This document shows positions 49,969 to 63,500 of a stretch of DNA of 64,000 nucleotides, one piece after another. This DNA comes from Azolla caroliniana (lineage: Eukaryota; Plantae; Polypodiophyta). The notes below the pieces were generated by a model. It saw nothing but the letters and a program-made list of their open reading frames with translations. It was not told the origin of the DNA and did no database searches. A program made the position numbers and the translations under genes. Location: NCBI GenBank assembly GCA_043228905.1, contig JBHGNT010000006.1:8866001-8930000 (forward strand). Reading direction: 5' to 3'. Every line of letters starts with the position of its first letter. Position 1 is the first letter of the stretch.

Positions 49969-51112
49969 TGTGAAGCTTCAATCTATGGAGGTTATCACTT
50001 ACAAGAAATGGCCTAGATCACACCATTTAGGTGGTTGGGATAAACTCCCATATCATATTGTATGCATGATACATTGCTACACCACATGTGCATGTGATTT
50101 TTGTAGAGCAATCTAAAGTTTTCTAGAATTATCCTTAATATCTCTATAGTAATACTACATGTAACTTAAATATGTGTAATAAGGCAATTAGTTTAAGTGG
50201 TTAGTATACTAAACTCTGTACGTATATGTCACAGATTTGTGTCTTGTATGAGGACCCTTTGTTTGTATGGTTATTGAGCGCCACCTTGTCCTAAGTGTGT
50301 TGGAGTAAAAGGTTGTAAGAATTTGGAGTCCAAAATTCTTAGTCGTCTCCGCTTGTTAGACATTATTCCTAATGTAAGCACAAGACAAGGGATTATATTA
50401 TAGGTAATAAAGAGGAAGAGAGAGAAAGAAGGGTTCATATCCACCTGATCATCCTTGAGTGAAGGGATCAAGACAAACTCGAGGCTTGATCGGTGTTCTA
50501 TACGACCGCCATGGCATCAAGTTCTATTTGGTACTAGCGCGCACGTGCCACAAGAGTCTGTTAACCACAAGGTTGTCTAATGAGGATAACTAGGCCTCAT
50601 TTTTATAGCCTGACCTAAGGCCCCCAGGCAAGTTCACACTTGGACTTATGGGTTGTCTCAATCCTTAGGATTAAAGTAATCGTCCATTCTTTATACTCCC
50701 TATTAACCTTGTTGAGAATCAAGCTTAACCTAGTCTAGTGTGTGAACACACATTCTGAGAATCTATGAGCACTCAAAGGTCAAAAGTCATCACTACTTTC
50801 TACACATTAACTATGTGTCATAGAATCATATTCTATGACACATATATAATGAGTTCCATATTCCCCATGACTAATGAGTCTCCACATTCCCCAAGGTTCT
50901 AGAGAGAGTGGGCGTTTTAGTGAGTTAAGGAAGAGAGAGGGTGAACCTATATAAAGCACCCTCCTACTTTGTAATTGTCGATTAATCTCCTTTGTAATAT
51001 TCATATTGTTATTGTTGTAGTTGTTCTCCGTGTCTTGTTAATACATACATCCATCTTGAGTACTTCATTTCTCTTATCTATTTATCTTGTGTTTCTCTCC
51101 TCTCCTCTCCTC

Positions 51113-51161
<49 letters not shown>

Positions 51162-51181
51162 GACCAATCTATTCCGCTACA
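49969..51181 (+). mobile_element. Probable solo LTR with a second, opposite-orientation solo LTR nested at 50227-50840
   Basis: Outer element TG...CTACA with flanks GAGAA/TAGAA, CTATATAAAG at ~50948 and a (CA)n tract. Inner element TGTCA...TGACA with flanks CGTATA/CATATA. Both TSDs have one mismatch. Confidence 0.45.
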
Positions 51182-51799
51182 TAGAATCACACTCGACGCA
51201 AGAAAGCGTCAACTCTGCCAAGAGTTGAACAACATCCAACAAAGGGACATGTTCATCACAAACTATTGTTGTCTCTGTTGACCAACACAAAGGGGTCAAA
51301 TGTCGTAATCACTAAGTCGTTTAGTTAAGAAGATTGTGGTTGGAGATGTGATGTTTGCCGATTTTGACAATTACTTACTCAGAACATTACACAGATAACA
51401 ATTTACCACACTTAATTAATATGATTATGACATACGAACTTGATCGACTGCTAGTTATAAATATAATATGCGTAATAGAGAAAATAAACAAAGCATATGA
51501 CACAACATATACTTTAACTACCAAAATGATATTGTGAAATGCACATAAATGGAATCCAAAACCAGCTTCCTTAGCTTCTTACTTCCTATTCAATTTATAG
51601 TCGTACAAAGGTACCCATTTGGGTTGGCTCTACTTAGCTACATGCGTCCTAACAAGGGTATGCTAAAAGGGGCACAAAGGAACACATGCACACCCAACAT
51701 GAAGGCATGCACTTGCATTCAAGGGACACCACATTTCCCCCCTGAGAGAAACAAGGATTTTTACGACATGGGGAAAGGACGAGCGCTAAAAGATGGGCT

Positions 51800-54700
51800 T
51801 GGGGTAGCATAGGGCTTGATGCAGGCAACATGGGCGGAGGTGAAGCGACCATTGGAATCGCATCAGAGCAAGTAAGTCGTGGATTTGATTGCATGAACCA
51901 CAATGAATGGGCTGATCCATCGGTGCATGAGTGATTTGTTGAGACCGCACCGCCGGACCGGGAAGTAAACAAGGACTTTGGTTCCATCATCATAAGTCGG
52001 GGTAATTCGACCCACGTCGTAGTGTCGCTTTTGGCGTTGTTGTGCGACTTGTAGGTTTCGAGAGCTTGCTTGTCGAAGGAGAGGTAGCAGTTGTTGGAGA
52101 TAGAGCCCCCAAGTGGCACCATCCATGTTGGTAGGTTTGGAATGGACGTCAATGGATGGTTCTGGTGGGAGCCGAGGATCACGCCCATAGAGTGCTCAAA
52201 AAGGGCTGATTCATGTTGATGCTTGAACAAATGTATTGTAGGTGTGGGTGACGAAAGGCAAGATTTGATCCCAGGTTTTGTGGCCTGGATCGATGTAAGT
52301 GGCAATCTCCTGCTTGAGGGTCTTGTTGAGGCGTTCAGTGAGGTCGTTTGTTTGCGGATGGTATAGGGATGTAAACACCTGCTAGAAACCTAGTTGAGTT
52401 GCAATCGTGTTGAGGACGTCCCCATGGAACTGACGGCCTTGATCAGATAAGAGTTGGACAGGGCAACCATGTTGAAAAATTACCTTGTGCAAAAGTTGGG
52501 ATGCGATTGTTGGCGCAGTGATGTCAGGGATGGCAACAGTTTCAGCCCATCTGGTGAGGTATTCTGTTATGACCAGGATATACTTGTTGCCATTGGGGGT
52601 TTCGGGAAAAGGTCCCATGAAATCCCATTTGACGAGCTCGAAAGGCGATGTGACGGTGATGGGTTGGAGCGTTTCGGCGGGCTTGTTCGCGGGTTTGATG
52701 TGTTGACACAAAGCACATTGGTTGATGTAGGTAGAGACAGACGTAATAATACCCAACAATGGGTGGTCGTGATAAAATTGGAGATACGTCTGTTGTAGGG
52801 CATGAGGGATATAGAGACGCGGCTCGTGATGCGCCTGAATGAAGAACACCAAGTTATCGCAGAGCATGAACTGTCGTTGTGAGGGAAATGGTTGGAGGGA
52901 GCACAACTGATGGGTTATCTCTCGGATGGCGGGGTCGTGTTGCTGAAGTGTAGCGAGTTGTGGTAATGGCAGTGGAAGGTCAGATGTCGCGGTTAGAAAT
53001 TGGACAACTTGGAAATCGGCGCGAGAGAGACTATCAACGACCAAATTGGTTACACCTTTTCGTTAGGAGAGGGTAAACTGATAATCTTGAAGTGCCAATA
53101 TCCATCGCAACAAGCGGCCCAGGGGGTGAGGTCGATGAATCAGAGAAAGTAAGGGTTGGTGGTCAGTCTCAACCGTAACCTGCCCGCCATGAAGGTATGG
53201 GTGAAGACGTTGGAAAGACCAGACGATCGCAAGTAGTTCCTTCTCAGTGGTTGAGTAGTTCCGTTCAGCCGGCGTGAGAGTTCGGTTAATGAAGGAGACC
53301 GCCTTCTCTTGCCTGTGGCAATCGGTTTGCAGGAGGACGGCTCCTAACCCATGGTTAGAGGCATTTGTCTGCAACGTAAACGGCTGGTCAAAGTTAGGAT
53401 GGGCGAGCAACCCTGATTCCTGGACCATTGTTTTGAGGCGACGAAAGTTGTCTTCGCAAGCAGGATCCCAAACGAATGACACACCTTTCTTCAAGAGATG
53501 ACAGAGGGGGAAAGTGACCAAGGCGAGGTTCGGGATGAAGCGAAGGGAAAAGGTGATCATGCCCAAAAAACATTGCAATGTTTTTATTGAGGTGGGGCGG
53601 GGGTAGTCGGTGATGGCAGCTACCTTTGCAGGGTCCATACGGATTCCATCGCCAGAGATGATGAAGCCAAGAAAACGGAAGCTGGTGCTTCCCCATCGAC
53701 ACTTCTTCCATTGGAATTGCAAGTTATGCTTAGTTATGCAAGCGAGGACTTCAGCGAGAGTTTGTAGATGATCCTCCCAAGTGGTCGTGTGGATAAGGAT
53801 GTCGTCGAGATAAACAAGGAGGACGCCTTTACTGATAAGGTCGGCAAAGATGGAGTTTGCCATGCATTGAAATGTACTGCCGGCGTTAGACAGGCCAAAC
53901 GGCATGCTGGTGAACTGGAACAGGCCACGTCATGTGCAGAATGCGGTCTTGTGGGCGTCAAACGGCGTTTAAAAGGGGATCTGCCAATATCCCGAGGCTA
54001 AGTCGAGGGAGGTGAAATAACGGGAGCCCCCGAGCTGGTCCAAGAGGTCGTCCACACAAGGGAGTGGGTAGCGGTCATGGATCGTCACTTTGTTGAGAGG
54101 CCTAAAGTCGATGCAAAAGCGGAAGGTGCCATCATCCTTCTTGACGAGGTGGGGTTCTGAAACCCAATCACTAGTGGAAGGAATGATGATACTTTTGGTG
54201 AGCATATCGGTGACTGCAACATCGATGCGATCGTGGTCGAGGGGGGAACGTTGGCGTGTAGCCATGCGGATGGGAGCGGCATCCCCGGTATGAATGACAT
54301 GTTGTACCGGGAAAGAGACAGTAGCGGCATGCGTGGGTTGGGGGGCTAGTGACAGAAAACGAGCTAACAATTGGCGGACAGAGATTAACCACTCTTTGGG
54401 ACTGAGGGCCACCTGGACTTGGCTGAGGTGAGCGACATGGGGGCTATCGTGTAGGAGGGGGATAGGGGGAGCTTGTGGGACAATCAGTTTGTGAGCATCG
54501 AAATCAATCATAGCGCGACGCTTGAGGAGCCAATCGCAACCTAAGGTGAGGGGGAAGAGTTGGTGGGGCAAGATATAAAAGTGGTGTGAGAATGTGAGAG
54601 GTAACGGTGCAATGGGCTTGCGTGCAAGAGTGGTATAGATGTTGGTGATCACCAAAAAGGACTTGGATGGAAGGAGCGGTGGTTGTGGGAAGGCATAATT

Positions 54701-54870
54701 GGTGAACTAAGGTGGTGCTAATTGAAGAGATATTACTACTAGAGTCTAATAGGATGGTGTGTGTGGAGTGATTAATGGTGGCGAGAGCGGTGCATACCTG
54801 TGAACTAGAAGAGGCGGACGCTTGGACGTGGGGGGCTGGCTCTTCCATCAGTACCCCGGAAGGTAGTTTC
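51800..54870 (-). pseudogene. pol: pol of the metazoan-like gypsy (PR, RT, RH, IN), frameshifted
   Basis: ILLDSSS protease; [34 protein letters not shown]; ERNYSTTEKELLA, TDHQPL RNase H; WDFMGPFP..YLTRWAE..LSDQGRQF integrase; GPY/F-type tail (HRWISPF). Confidence 0.88.
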
Positions 54871-55831
54871 CCGGAAGCTCAACCAACGATGCGGTGTCAG
54901 CCATGGTTATCTGGGCTTGTTGCTTGTGAGATTGTTGTTGCAATTTCCGGCAATAACGTCGGACGTGTCCATAATTGTGAAAATAGAAACACTTCGGGCG
55001 TCCTTGGGCATCGCAATTAGGAAGGTTTCGGCGAGTCTGCATCTGCACGTTTTGGACGTCAATGTCCATGGGGGTCGCTCCTTGGTACTGCGCGCGCAAG
55101 TCGGTCGATGGTGGAGGGGGCCATCTTGGTTGGGAGTCAGATAGCGTACAAGCTTCGATGGGTTGGGCAATGAGGATGGCATCGTTGAAGGTCTTGGGAC
55201 CTTGGTCCCGGGCATGACGAGTGATGTCAGGGCGCAGATGGGGCCATAAGAAGAAAAGCTTGACATGCTCGGGCATGGTTGGATCGGCTTGGACGAGGAG
55301 CTGATTTAGGCGAACACCAAATTGGCCTACTGGTTCGTGCACTTGTTGTTGCAACGTCTCGAGTTGTTGCAATGCCGTCTAGACCGAATTTTGATGGGCG
55401 AAGTTTTGAATGAGGAGATCTTGGAGGATCACCCAGTTCTCCGTCACTTCGTTGGCTTGTTGTACGTACCAAGTGGCGGCGACATTTTCGAGCAAGGTGC
55501 GAACTTCCAAAGCCTTGCACTCGTCAAACCATTTGTGGTAACTTGAGATCATCTCAAAGTGATCCAACCATGCTAAGATGTCCTCAGAGGGCAAGCTGGA
55601 GAAGGACTTTGGGCGAACCTTGGAATCGGGCCGATCTAGAGACCGATCGTTGGTAGCGGAGAGGAAGGAGAGCATAGCTTGGTTCGTGTGGCTGATTTGA
55701 AGCATGGCATTGGAGAGGACTTGCAAGAGTTGCTCCATTTGGAAGGGGGGTGGCCACTCAGGAGGTTGCGGGAACTCAACTTGCATAGGGGTATCGACTT
55801 TGACGACGACGGGACGGAATTGGGACGCCAT
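54848..55831 (-). pseudogene. gag: gag of the metazoan-like gypsy
   Basis: PKSFSSLPSEDILAWLDHFE..AATWY..W..L; PMDID; degenerate CCHC (CFYFHNYGHVRRYC). One internal stop at ~55380. Confidence 0.85.
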
Positions 55832-56354
55832 GAACGAGGTGATAGTGGCTAAAATTTTACCTCGTTTCTCCACCAATTATGTGAAATGCACATAAATGGA
55901 ATCCAAAACTAGCTTCCTTAGCTTCTTACTTCCTATTCAATTTATAGTCGTACAAAGGTACCCATTTGGGTTGGCTCTACTTAGCTACATGCGTCCTAAC
56001 AAGGGTATGCTAAAAGGGGCACAAAGGATCACATGCACACCCAACATGAAGGAATGCACTTGCATCCAAGGGACACCACAATATTAACATAACCAAAATA
56101 GACCGATAATGATACAATGCTCTCGGTCCCTTTTTATAGGGGACCCGAGAGACTCTTCCAAGATAATACACTTGCCTATTCGGCAAGAACCTACAATTAC
56201 ATTAACTGTTCTATTCTATTTTTCCTACTTGGCAAAAATTACCATTTCGGGTACTTCCTTTTCACAGTATCTTTTATTACTCTGACTTTGACTCTGACTC
56301 CGACTAGTATAATTCGGTTGGTCGATCGACTAACACATGGCACACCTGTTCTAA

Positions 56355-57485
56355 TCACTTGTTGATCACATGACAGTGCTGATAATTTGCTTCATCGTCC
56401 TCATCCTCTTGGTCGTTGTTCAGGTCGTCATTATCATTGTTGTGGTCTTCTTCCTCAAGCTCATCCTCGTCCTCGTCCTCATTTAGAATGTCCAACAAAT
56501 TGGGCTCCTCATCTTCTTCATATTTAGTGTTGTTCGGAGTTGGTTGATCTTCTGGTTGTGTTCGCTCAAGTCCGCAACGTTGACTATGCCTCTCTCTCTT
56601 GATCCAGGTGTGCTTGCCGTGACTCCTCGTTGATTCGTTCAGTTTGGCCTGACTCATGCTCTGCCGTGTCTTGGTTCGACTCCAACTCCTGTCCTAGTTG
56701 CTTTGTTACCTCATCCTCGACCTTTGTTGCTTTTTGTTGTCTCTCTTATTGGTGGCGTTCCTTTTCATAGGAATCAAGCTCTAGAGCGAGTGTAATTAGT
56801 TGGTCGTCATATTGTTCGAGCAAGTTGTTGATTTCCTCCTTGTGGTGTGTTGTTAATTCATATATATCTCCGGCCAGCTCATCCCGTATTGTGGTTATGC
56901 TCGCCTCATCCATCTTAAAAAATCCTTGACCTTGCTTTTTCATGCTCTTGTGGTCTACATTTAATGATTGTAATTCAAATGCTTGAGTCGATCACTGCTT
57001 CCAACCGTCGTCCAGAGCCTTTGTGATGACCTGATGCATCTTTTGGCCTGCACTTTTTCCTCTCCTATTTCGAGTTGATACTTTAAAGCACTGATTTCAT
57101 TTTTAACTCTTCTTGTCGACCTATCGTGGAGTCGTGCTCGAACATAACTTCTGCTTCTGCCACTATGAGTGTGTTTCACACCCGCTCATTGTCATGATAT
57201 GGCAAGACTCAAACCCATGACCTTATGTTACATGGGTCGAGCTCTTGACCATTAGACTATATGTTATAATACGAAAAATATTATTTTCATTTAAGTTTTA
57301 CTATAGAAAATCGATGTATATTCCAGATTTCTCTGGAACATTCTAGAAACTTCAGGAGTACTCCTGAGAACACTATAAAAGGAGGCACAAGGCGTTATTT
57401 CGAACCAAATCGGTTCAATGCCAGTCTTAAGCCTCTTAGCTACTATTGTATATTCTCTTAACATAATATATATCTTTTGTTATCA

Positions 57486-57534
<49 letters not shown>

Positions 57535-58480
57535 TTCTCTCGAGAGTTCTACACCTCCCTTAGTACTAATCCTCATCTTTTAGTACTAATTCCTTCTCTG
57601 TCTTAGTACTGTTCCTGACACTCATACTTATCGACGAGCTGTTTGTAGCATTGAGTCATGTCCTCCATTTCGGCTTCGAATGCAACTATGTGCTTCTTAT
57701 CTAACTCCTCTTGTGTGTTCAGAGTTGCTTGGAGGTCATAGATCATTCTTTGTTTCCTATTAAAATGTATTTTGAGGCGAGTAGGCTAACCATTGAGTTG
57801 ATCCATTTCCTCTTGCGAGATTGAAGCGTGTCCTAGAGTTTTGTCTGGAACCCTTCCATTTGATGATGTGCCTTCCGGAGTCAGTCACAGATACTGTGGA
57901 CTTTGGTGTCCGCTTCTTTTATTCTTTTATTGGCACTTTCGATTATAGCATCTTTTGCTTGTTTCCATAGCCGTCTGTCGGGTACATGCGGGATCGCATG
58001 TTCGTACATTTGAAATCACTCCTCCATCACCTGCAACTTTGACTCTACTTGTTGCAATTGGGCCGTTAATTCCTCATTGGCTTGCTTCATTGCCGACCAC
58101 TCTTGGTGCATATGTTCCGACGCATGTGTCCTACGTTTGCAGACTTCAACTATCTCTTTTGCTTGTCAGGTTGTTTTAGCTAGTTCTTGATGGACTTCGA
58201 CCAAAGTTGTATTTATAAGAGGCATTTGAATCGCCATACCTCTATTCCTAACATCTTGTTGCTGGCCGAGTCTCTACAAATCCTGCTCTTCCTTTGGCTC
58301 TATCTCTCCCAGCAATGCGCATTGGATCATCTCCCGATCCTTGTGTTCCTGCGCCAATTGATCATAAGCAAACTGTAGGCGTTTGGCTAACTAGTTCACT
58401 AGCTTGCAAGATGTGTCGAACCATAATATGGCCGTTATTTCATGAGCTAGTGGTGGTATGTCGGGTATAGTTAATACTTT
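56355..58480 (-). pseudogene. Decayed coiled-coil/acidic reading frame of unknown, probably transposon, origin; interrupted by a solo LTR
   Basis: Successive minus-strand protein-like segments (FAYDQLAQEHKDREM, KNEISALKYQLE, IRDELAGDIYEL, EDEDEDELEEED) with stops. No recognised domain. Confidence 0.35.
57190..57620 (+). mobile_element. Solo LTR of a Tcn1-like family related to 5082-10829
   Basis: TGTCATGATATGGCAAGACTC...CCTGACA is collinear with 5082-5557. TSD CTCAT (57185-57189, 57621-57625). Confidence 0.93.
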
Positions 58481-58879
58481 AGGGAACTTTCAATTCCACG
58501 GAGCCTCTAATTCAATGTCTCTGCTCTATTAAGCATTCAATTCAAATAAACTTCTCAATTTCGAGGGTGTTAATTCACATAAAAGATGAGTTTACATGAG
58601 GCAACCTATAAGGGGGTTCTTAATGCTTATCTTGTAGCATCACACCCTTCCTAGTCCAAGTTCCCCGGGGCCCTGCTTGAGTAGCAGACTTTGCGTTTAT
58701 ACAACATATTTGGTGAACCTGACATGCAAGAGCGAGAAGGGAGGGGAAAGATGTGAGGAGAAGACTTGGCCACCATGATGGCCGTGGAGATGGACCAAAT
58801 GATGTAGGAAAGAGAGAATACAATGTTGCAAATGTATAAACGTGTGTGAAATGTGAATGGAACCACCGGGGACTTTAAG

Positions 58880-59990
58880 AAGAGAGTATGGGATGCAAAC
58901 TCAAATTATTATGTTGGTGACTTCACGCTACCCCCGATATTTGGTTTAGTGCTTAAAGGGTTTTTCTTTGTGGTTTTTTGTTTTGGTCTACTAATTTTAT
59001 CTATGAGAAGTTCAACACTCACCCTATTTGTGAATACGATGCTTCTAGCTTTATAGGTCCAAGGTTTGAATCTTGCCTTACAGGTATACGTTGGCACATA
59101 AAAATTACATGCATTTGTAGATTCATAATTTTATGAAGGATGTCCACACCCACAGTACATCCATATTAGATAGGTTGGGAATCCAAATATTGTAGGAGGC
59201 ACATGCACCAAGAAACCGTCTCACCTCTATTTGCGATTGCATACTTCCTTCATTTTATTGATGGTGTCCACCTTTGCCAAGGATGGCTTTCGTTTGTATG
59301 CCCCCTACAAGTGTCCCACCACAAGAATCTCTGATCGACCAAATGCCAACTTCTCAGTCGAGAAAGTTAGATCCCCATCTTCCAGCCTCCACAGGACCTT
59401 GTCACAATCAATGATGTGATCTACCATGAAGCATCTACACCCATCCTCACCCAATGTCTCATCTTTATCCACTTCAAAGAATCGCTTTGTTGGAATGTCA
59501 TCGAGGAAAGGCCTACTGATGTTTGGGATGCAATTTCTTAGCACTTTAATTATTGCATTCACCATGTGGGCTACAAAATTTGTGTCACACCATGGCAGGC
59601 TCCACATCTACACTAGATAAACCATCCTGGTCATACCTTGAGTATAAGTATCTGATTAGTAGATAAAACATCTTGTGGAAGCTTCAACGATTCGTCGACA
59701 CTCGATCTGATCCATGTGTTATGAATTGTCACTTTATTGATAGGTTGCCGGTCTTGGATGAAACACAAGGTTTCGTTCTTCTTCGATTCAATGAGCCATC
59801 AGTTCGAGTATGACAATTGGAAGGTTCAAGGATTCTCCTATTGATTTTCTCTTTGTGTAGTTCAATCAGCTTTGGATGTGAGCTCTCGACACTAGGTTCA
59901 ACTTAATATTCCATGATAGGTGTACCACCATGAATATCGCCGTTGGTCCTCCTTTGACCCACAATTCTCATAAGGATTGACAATGCATGC
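58880..59990 (-). pseudogene. Heavily degenerate gypsy RT fragment (FLDD type, Phygy/Selgy-like)
   Basis: TNFVAHMVNAIIKVLRNCIPNISRPFLDDIP...DKDET..GCRCFMVDHI..LTFSTEKLAFG..ILVVGHL. No LTRs found. Confidence 0.65.
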
Positions 59991-60441
59991 AAGCGTTTTG
60001 AGTCAAAATGAGTAAATCACATTGAGTTCGGTTTCAAGGTTCAATGATTTGGTTTGAAGGGTTAAAACCTCGATTTTTCCTATTTGAATGTCAAAAACTC
60101 TCCGTTTGAATGTTAAAAAATTCGTTCTTTTTGCTTTTGGATAAAACCTTCGTTTTTCCTATTTGAATGTCAAAAACTCTCTAATGCATGGTTTTTGTTA
60201 ATATTTTCTTATTGATTCTCTTTGAGCACTTTGTAACAAGCTCACAATACAAACTACGATCTATATTGTGTAAATCAACAACTTGCAACTTCATTGCTTC
60301 TTGATTCCCTCTAAGTGAATCTCTCTTTGTCACTCTTTTTTTCTATTTATCATAATTAGCTTTTACCCTAATGGTAAGTTGTTAATCCATAAGCAGTGAG
60401 CACTATATCTTGAGCTTGAAACCCAAATTCCTCACCTCCCG

Positions 60442-60477
<36 letters not shown>

Positions 60478-60529
60478 ATTACCTTACCCTAGTGGTAAGT
60501 TGTTAACACTACGAGCACTGCGTCAATCC

Positions 60530-63500
60530 TTGTCGGCTATTCACATGAGCAAAAGGGTGGATTTACCCTATTCATAGCAAGGATGAAGTGGTCGACAAGT
60601 TTCGAACATTTTTGGCATTAGTTGAAGCATGAGACAGATGTTATCCCAATTTCCTCACCTCTCTATTATATACTTCATACACTCTTAATTCTCTAGATGC
60701 CACTGTGGAATGTAGGTGTTGAACGCATAGAAGTGATTGGCGTACTGGGGCAATGTTTTGCATTCAAAAAACTTGTTCATATAAAAAAGAACTGCCCCAC
60801 AAGACGTATTAAAGATCCTACAAAGGAGAATCTGGAAGGTCAGGACACCATAAGACATCAGAAGCCTCCCCCACCACGACCCGACAAGGCTGTGATGGAA
60901 TGGCGAGTGGTGGAAAAAACCCATGTCCTTCGAAAAACTTCACCGACACAAAATCCTCCATCGCCTATGAGCCCCAATCAATTTGATCTACTACAAGAGC
61001 TCGCCCCCACGGACGAGCATTCCCCTAGTTCTTTCTTAAGCCCCAAGGAACGGCCTAAGGTGACACCAAGCACACAAGAGAAAGTTCTCGTTAAAGCTTA
61101 CAAAACAGGGAAGCGAAGAAGAATAAGTCATGTTAAGACCTTAATACGGAGCTTGAGTGGAATGGCACCCAATGCAGAAGCAACAAACCAAGGCAAAAGT
61201 TTGAATGTCACGCCTTAGATCATAGTCTTCCTGGATACAAATGAGTGTGCTTCCTCTAGCCAAGACCTTGAACCACACCCACAAAATGCCTTGAAATGGC
61301 TAGGTATAGGGCTCAAGACAGTGGAAAAAATAAGGGTACATGTATCAATGGTACACAATAACGGAGTCTCGACAACCTCAATCTCCTTTCCACTCTTGCT
61401 TCCGACATAGGAAGATTGGTCGAAATCCAAGATTAAAGATACGTTATGTAGCCAAGGAGCATGCTTTGTAGCAAAAATAAGAGATGAAGAGCTCATGAAC
61501 GAATTAAAGCAGCATTGGCATAACACTGAATTCTGGTGCACCATGGATGAAGAGGAACCTCATCTTTGCCACATCCACCTGCGGATTATCATAGATGCCC
61601 AACTAACTCCAAGCTTTTTCTTTTTCTATGAGAAGCATGAAGGGGCGATTGAAGCTCACAGGATAGCCCACAAACTCCACTCATTGATGTGAACCACTAT
61701 TCCATCCTTGGAAATGACTGGATGTCTAAATGGTGAGTGCTCCCCACTCATGACCTGTTGTGCAAAGCACCAGGAACAACTGGCATTCTCCCACCCCATT
61801 CCATGAGTATGAAGATTATAACATGGAATGTGCAAGGGCTCAGAAGTAGACTAGACCAGCAAAACAGATGGAAACTGAGAAGGGATCTTGAAGAATATTT
61901 ATTAGGGAGTGGTGCTGACATCATCATGTTGTACGAACACCACCTCAATAGCATGTAGTTAAAGGAAGTCAGAAACCTCCTACCAGGATCATGGCGAATG
62001 ATTTGGGAGCCAACAATCAGGGAGGATGGAAATCATGGTGGTATTTGCACTTTGATTCGGGAACATCTAGCCCAAGGCTTAATACACCAGGAATCACTTA
62101 TACCTGGTAGGGCACATTTTTGCATGTTGGCCATCCAAGGGCAACAATGGAACTTCATGAATGTTTATGCTGCAAATAGCATAACAAAAAGGGCAACATT
62201 CTGGGACCGCATCCACCTACAAGTAGCGGGTGCGGAAGAGTGGTGCATTGGAGGGGATTTTAATATGATCGAATCCATTCACGATAGCTCCAACAAAAAC
62301 CCCATAGTTCTACAAGAAAGGGAACGTAAACAATGGGAGAAGCTATGTGTCCACCTTAACCTGCGAGACATCTGACATTCTGACAACTTCCAACGAAAAA
62401 GGGATTCTCTCCTATTCTCCCGATCAGACGGGCGGAATAGTGGACCCACCCTATCTCGCATTGACCACATTTATGTGGGGGAGGCTCTAGAAGCAAAGGG
62501 AGGGTGGTGTCACATAACTCCAGGCACAACTTTCTCTGACCATTACCCGGTAGCTGGTCATTTTCAATTGCACCGAAAATGGGGCCCATTCCAGGCTCAC
62601 ATCCCACACACTATTTACACACTTATAGACATGAAGGACCAACTATCCAACCAATGGTTATTACCCGTCAAGGCCTCATCAGCATCTGACAAACTTCTAG
62701 CTAAATTAACAAGAGCTTCTACTCTCCTACATGAGATTGTCAAGACTAGAAGCAAGGATGCTCAAGAGAAGCGACAGAGGACAAAACGGGGACTAATAGC
62801 CTTACAACGACTCCAACAGAGATACTCGTCATGTATTTGGATCGCAGGACAAGTCGCCACGGCCAAACATGAACTTAGCATGGCCGAAAAGGAAATATAT
62901 GACATGGAGTTTCATGGAAGCATGGCGCGATGGATTTGAGTAGGGGACAAAACCACGAAGGAATTCTTCCGCTCCAAAGGCCCGAGGCACGCTAGAACTG
63001 TGATGCACAGCCTCAACCGAGAGGATGGAACGACCACTGAGGATGGCGACGAAATGAGGAATATTGCCACAAGTTATTATAACCGCCTACTTACCGAAGA
63101 CATTATAGCTATAGGTGAAGACATAAGAGAAGACATTATCCTCCAAAGCATACCCGAGAAAGTCACACCAGAAATGAATACATGGTTCATGCGTCCCCTA
63201 TCAATCATCGAGATATGGGAGGCCCTCACTGATTTAGATGCCAATAGTTGCCCCAAAATCGATGACCTCACCCCACACTTTTTCACATGCCTTTGGGACA
63301 CTATTAAAGAAGACCTCCTCCAGGCATATGAGGAGATCATCACCTCTGGAAGCATGCCGGAGGAATTTCGACACGGGATGATACATCTCATTCCTAAAAG
63401 TGATGGCTCATTCATCCGTCCTCGATAGGTTTTGTTAGAAATCAGAGCATCCTAGACAACCTCTTCTCATTCTGGGAAGCAGTAGCCCTTGCCAAATGTA

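Larger units (their letters stand above)
51533..56080 (-). mobile_element. Full-length but disrupted Ty3/gypsy without chromodomain, metazoan-like; 201-bp LTRs 55880-56080 (5') and 51533-51733 (3')
   Basis: LTRs 197/201 identical; 4-bp TSD ATAT (51529-51532, 56081-56084). PBS TGGTGGAGAAACGAGGTA is tRNA-Ala-like. PPT rc 51734-51744. Confidence 0.93.

Noticed and set aside
51352-56335. Outer solo LTR hosting the metazoan-like gypsy
   Set aside because: TG...CA ends and a TATA-like motif are plausible, but the flanks (TGTGA/CATGG) do not give a convincing TSD.
60060-60520. Two short direct duplications (~40 bp) upstream of the L1
   Set aside because: Two copies each, with no termini or structure suggesting function.
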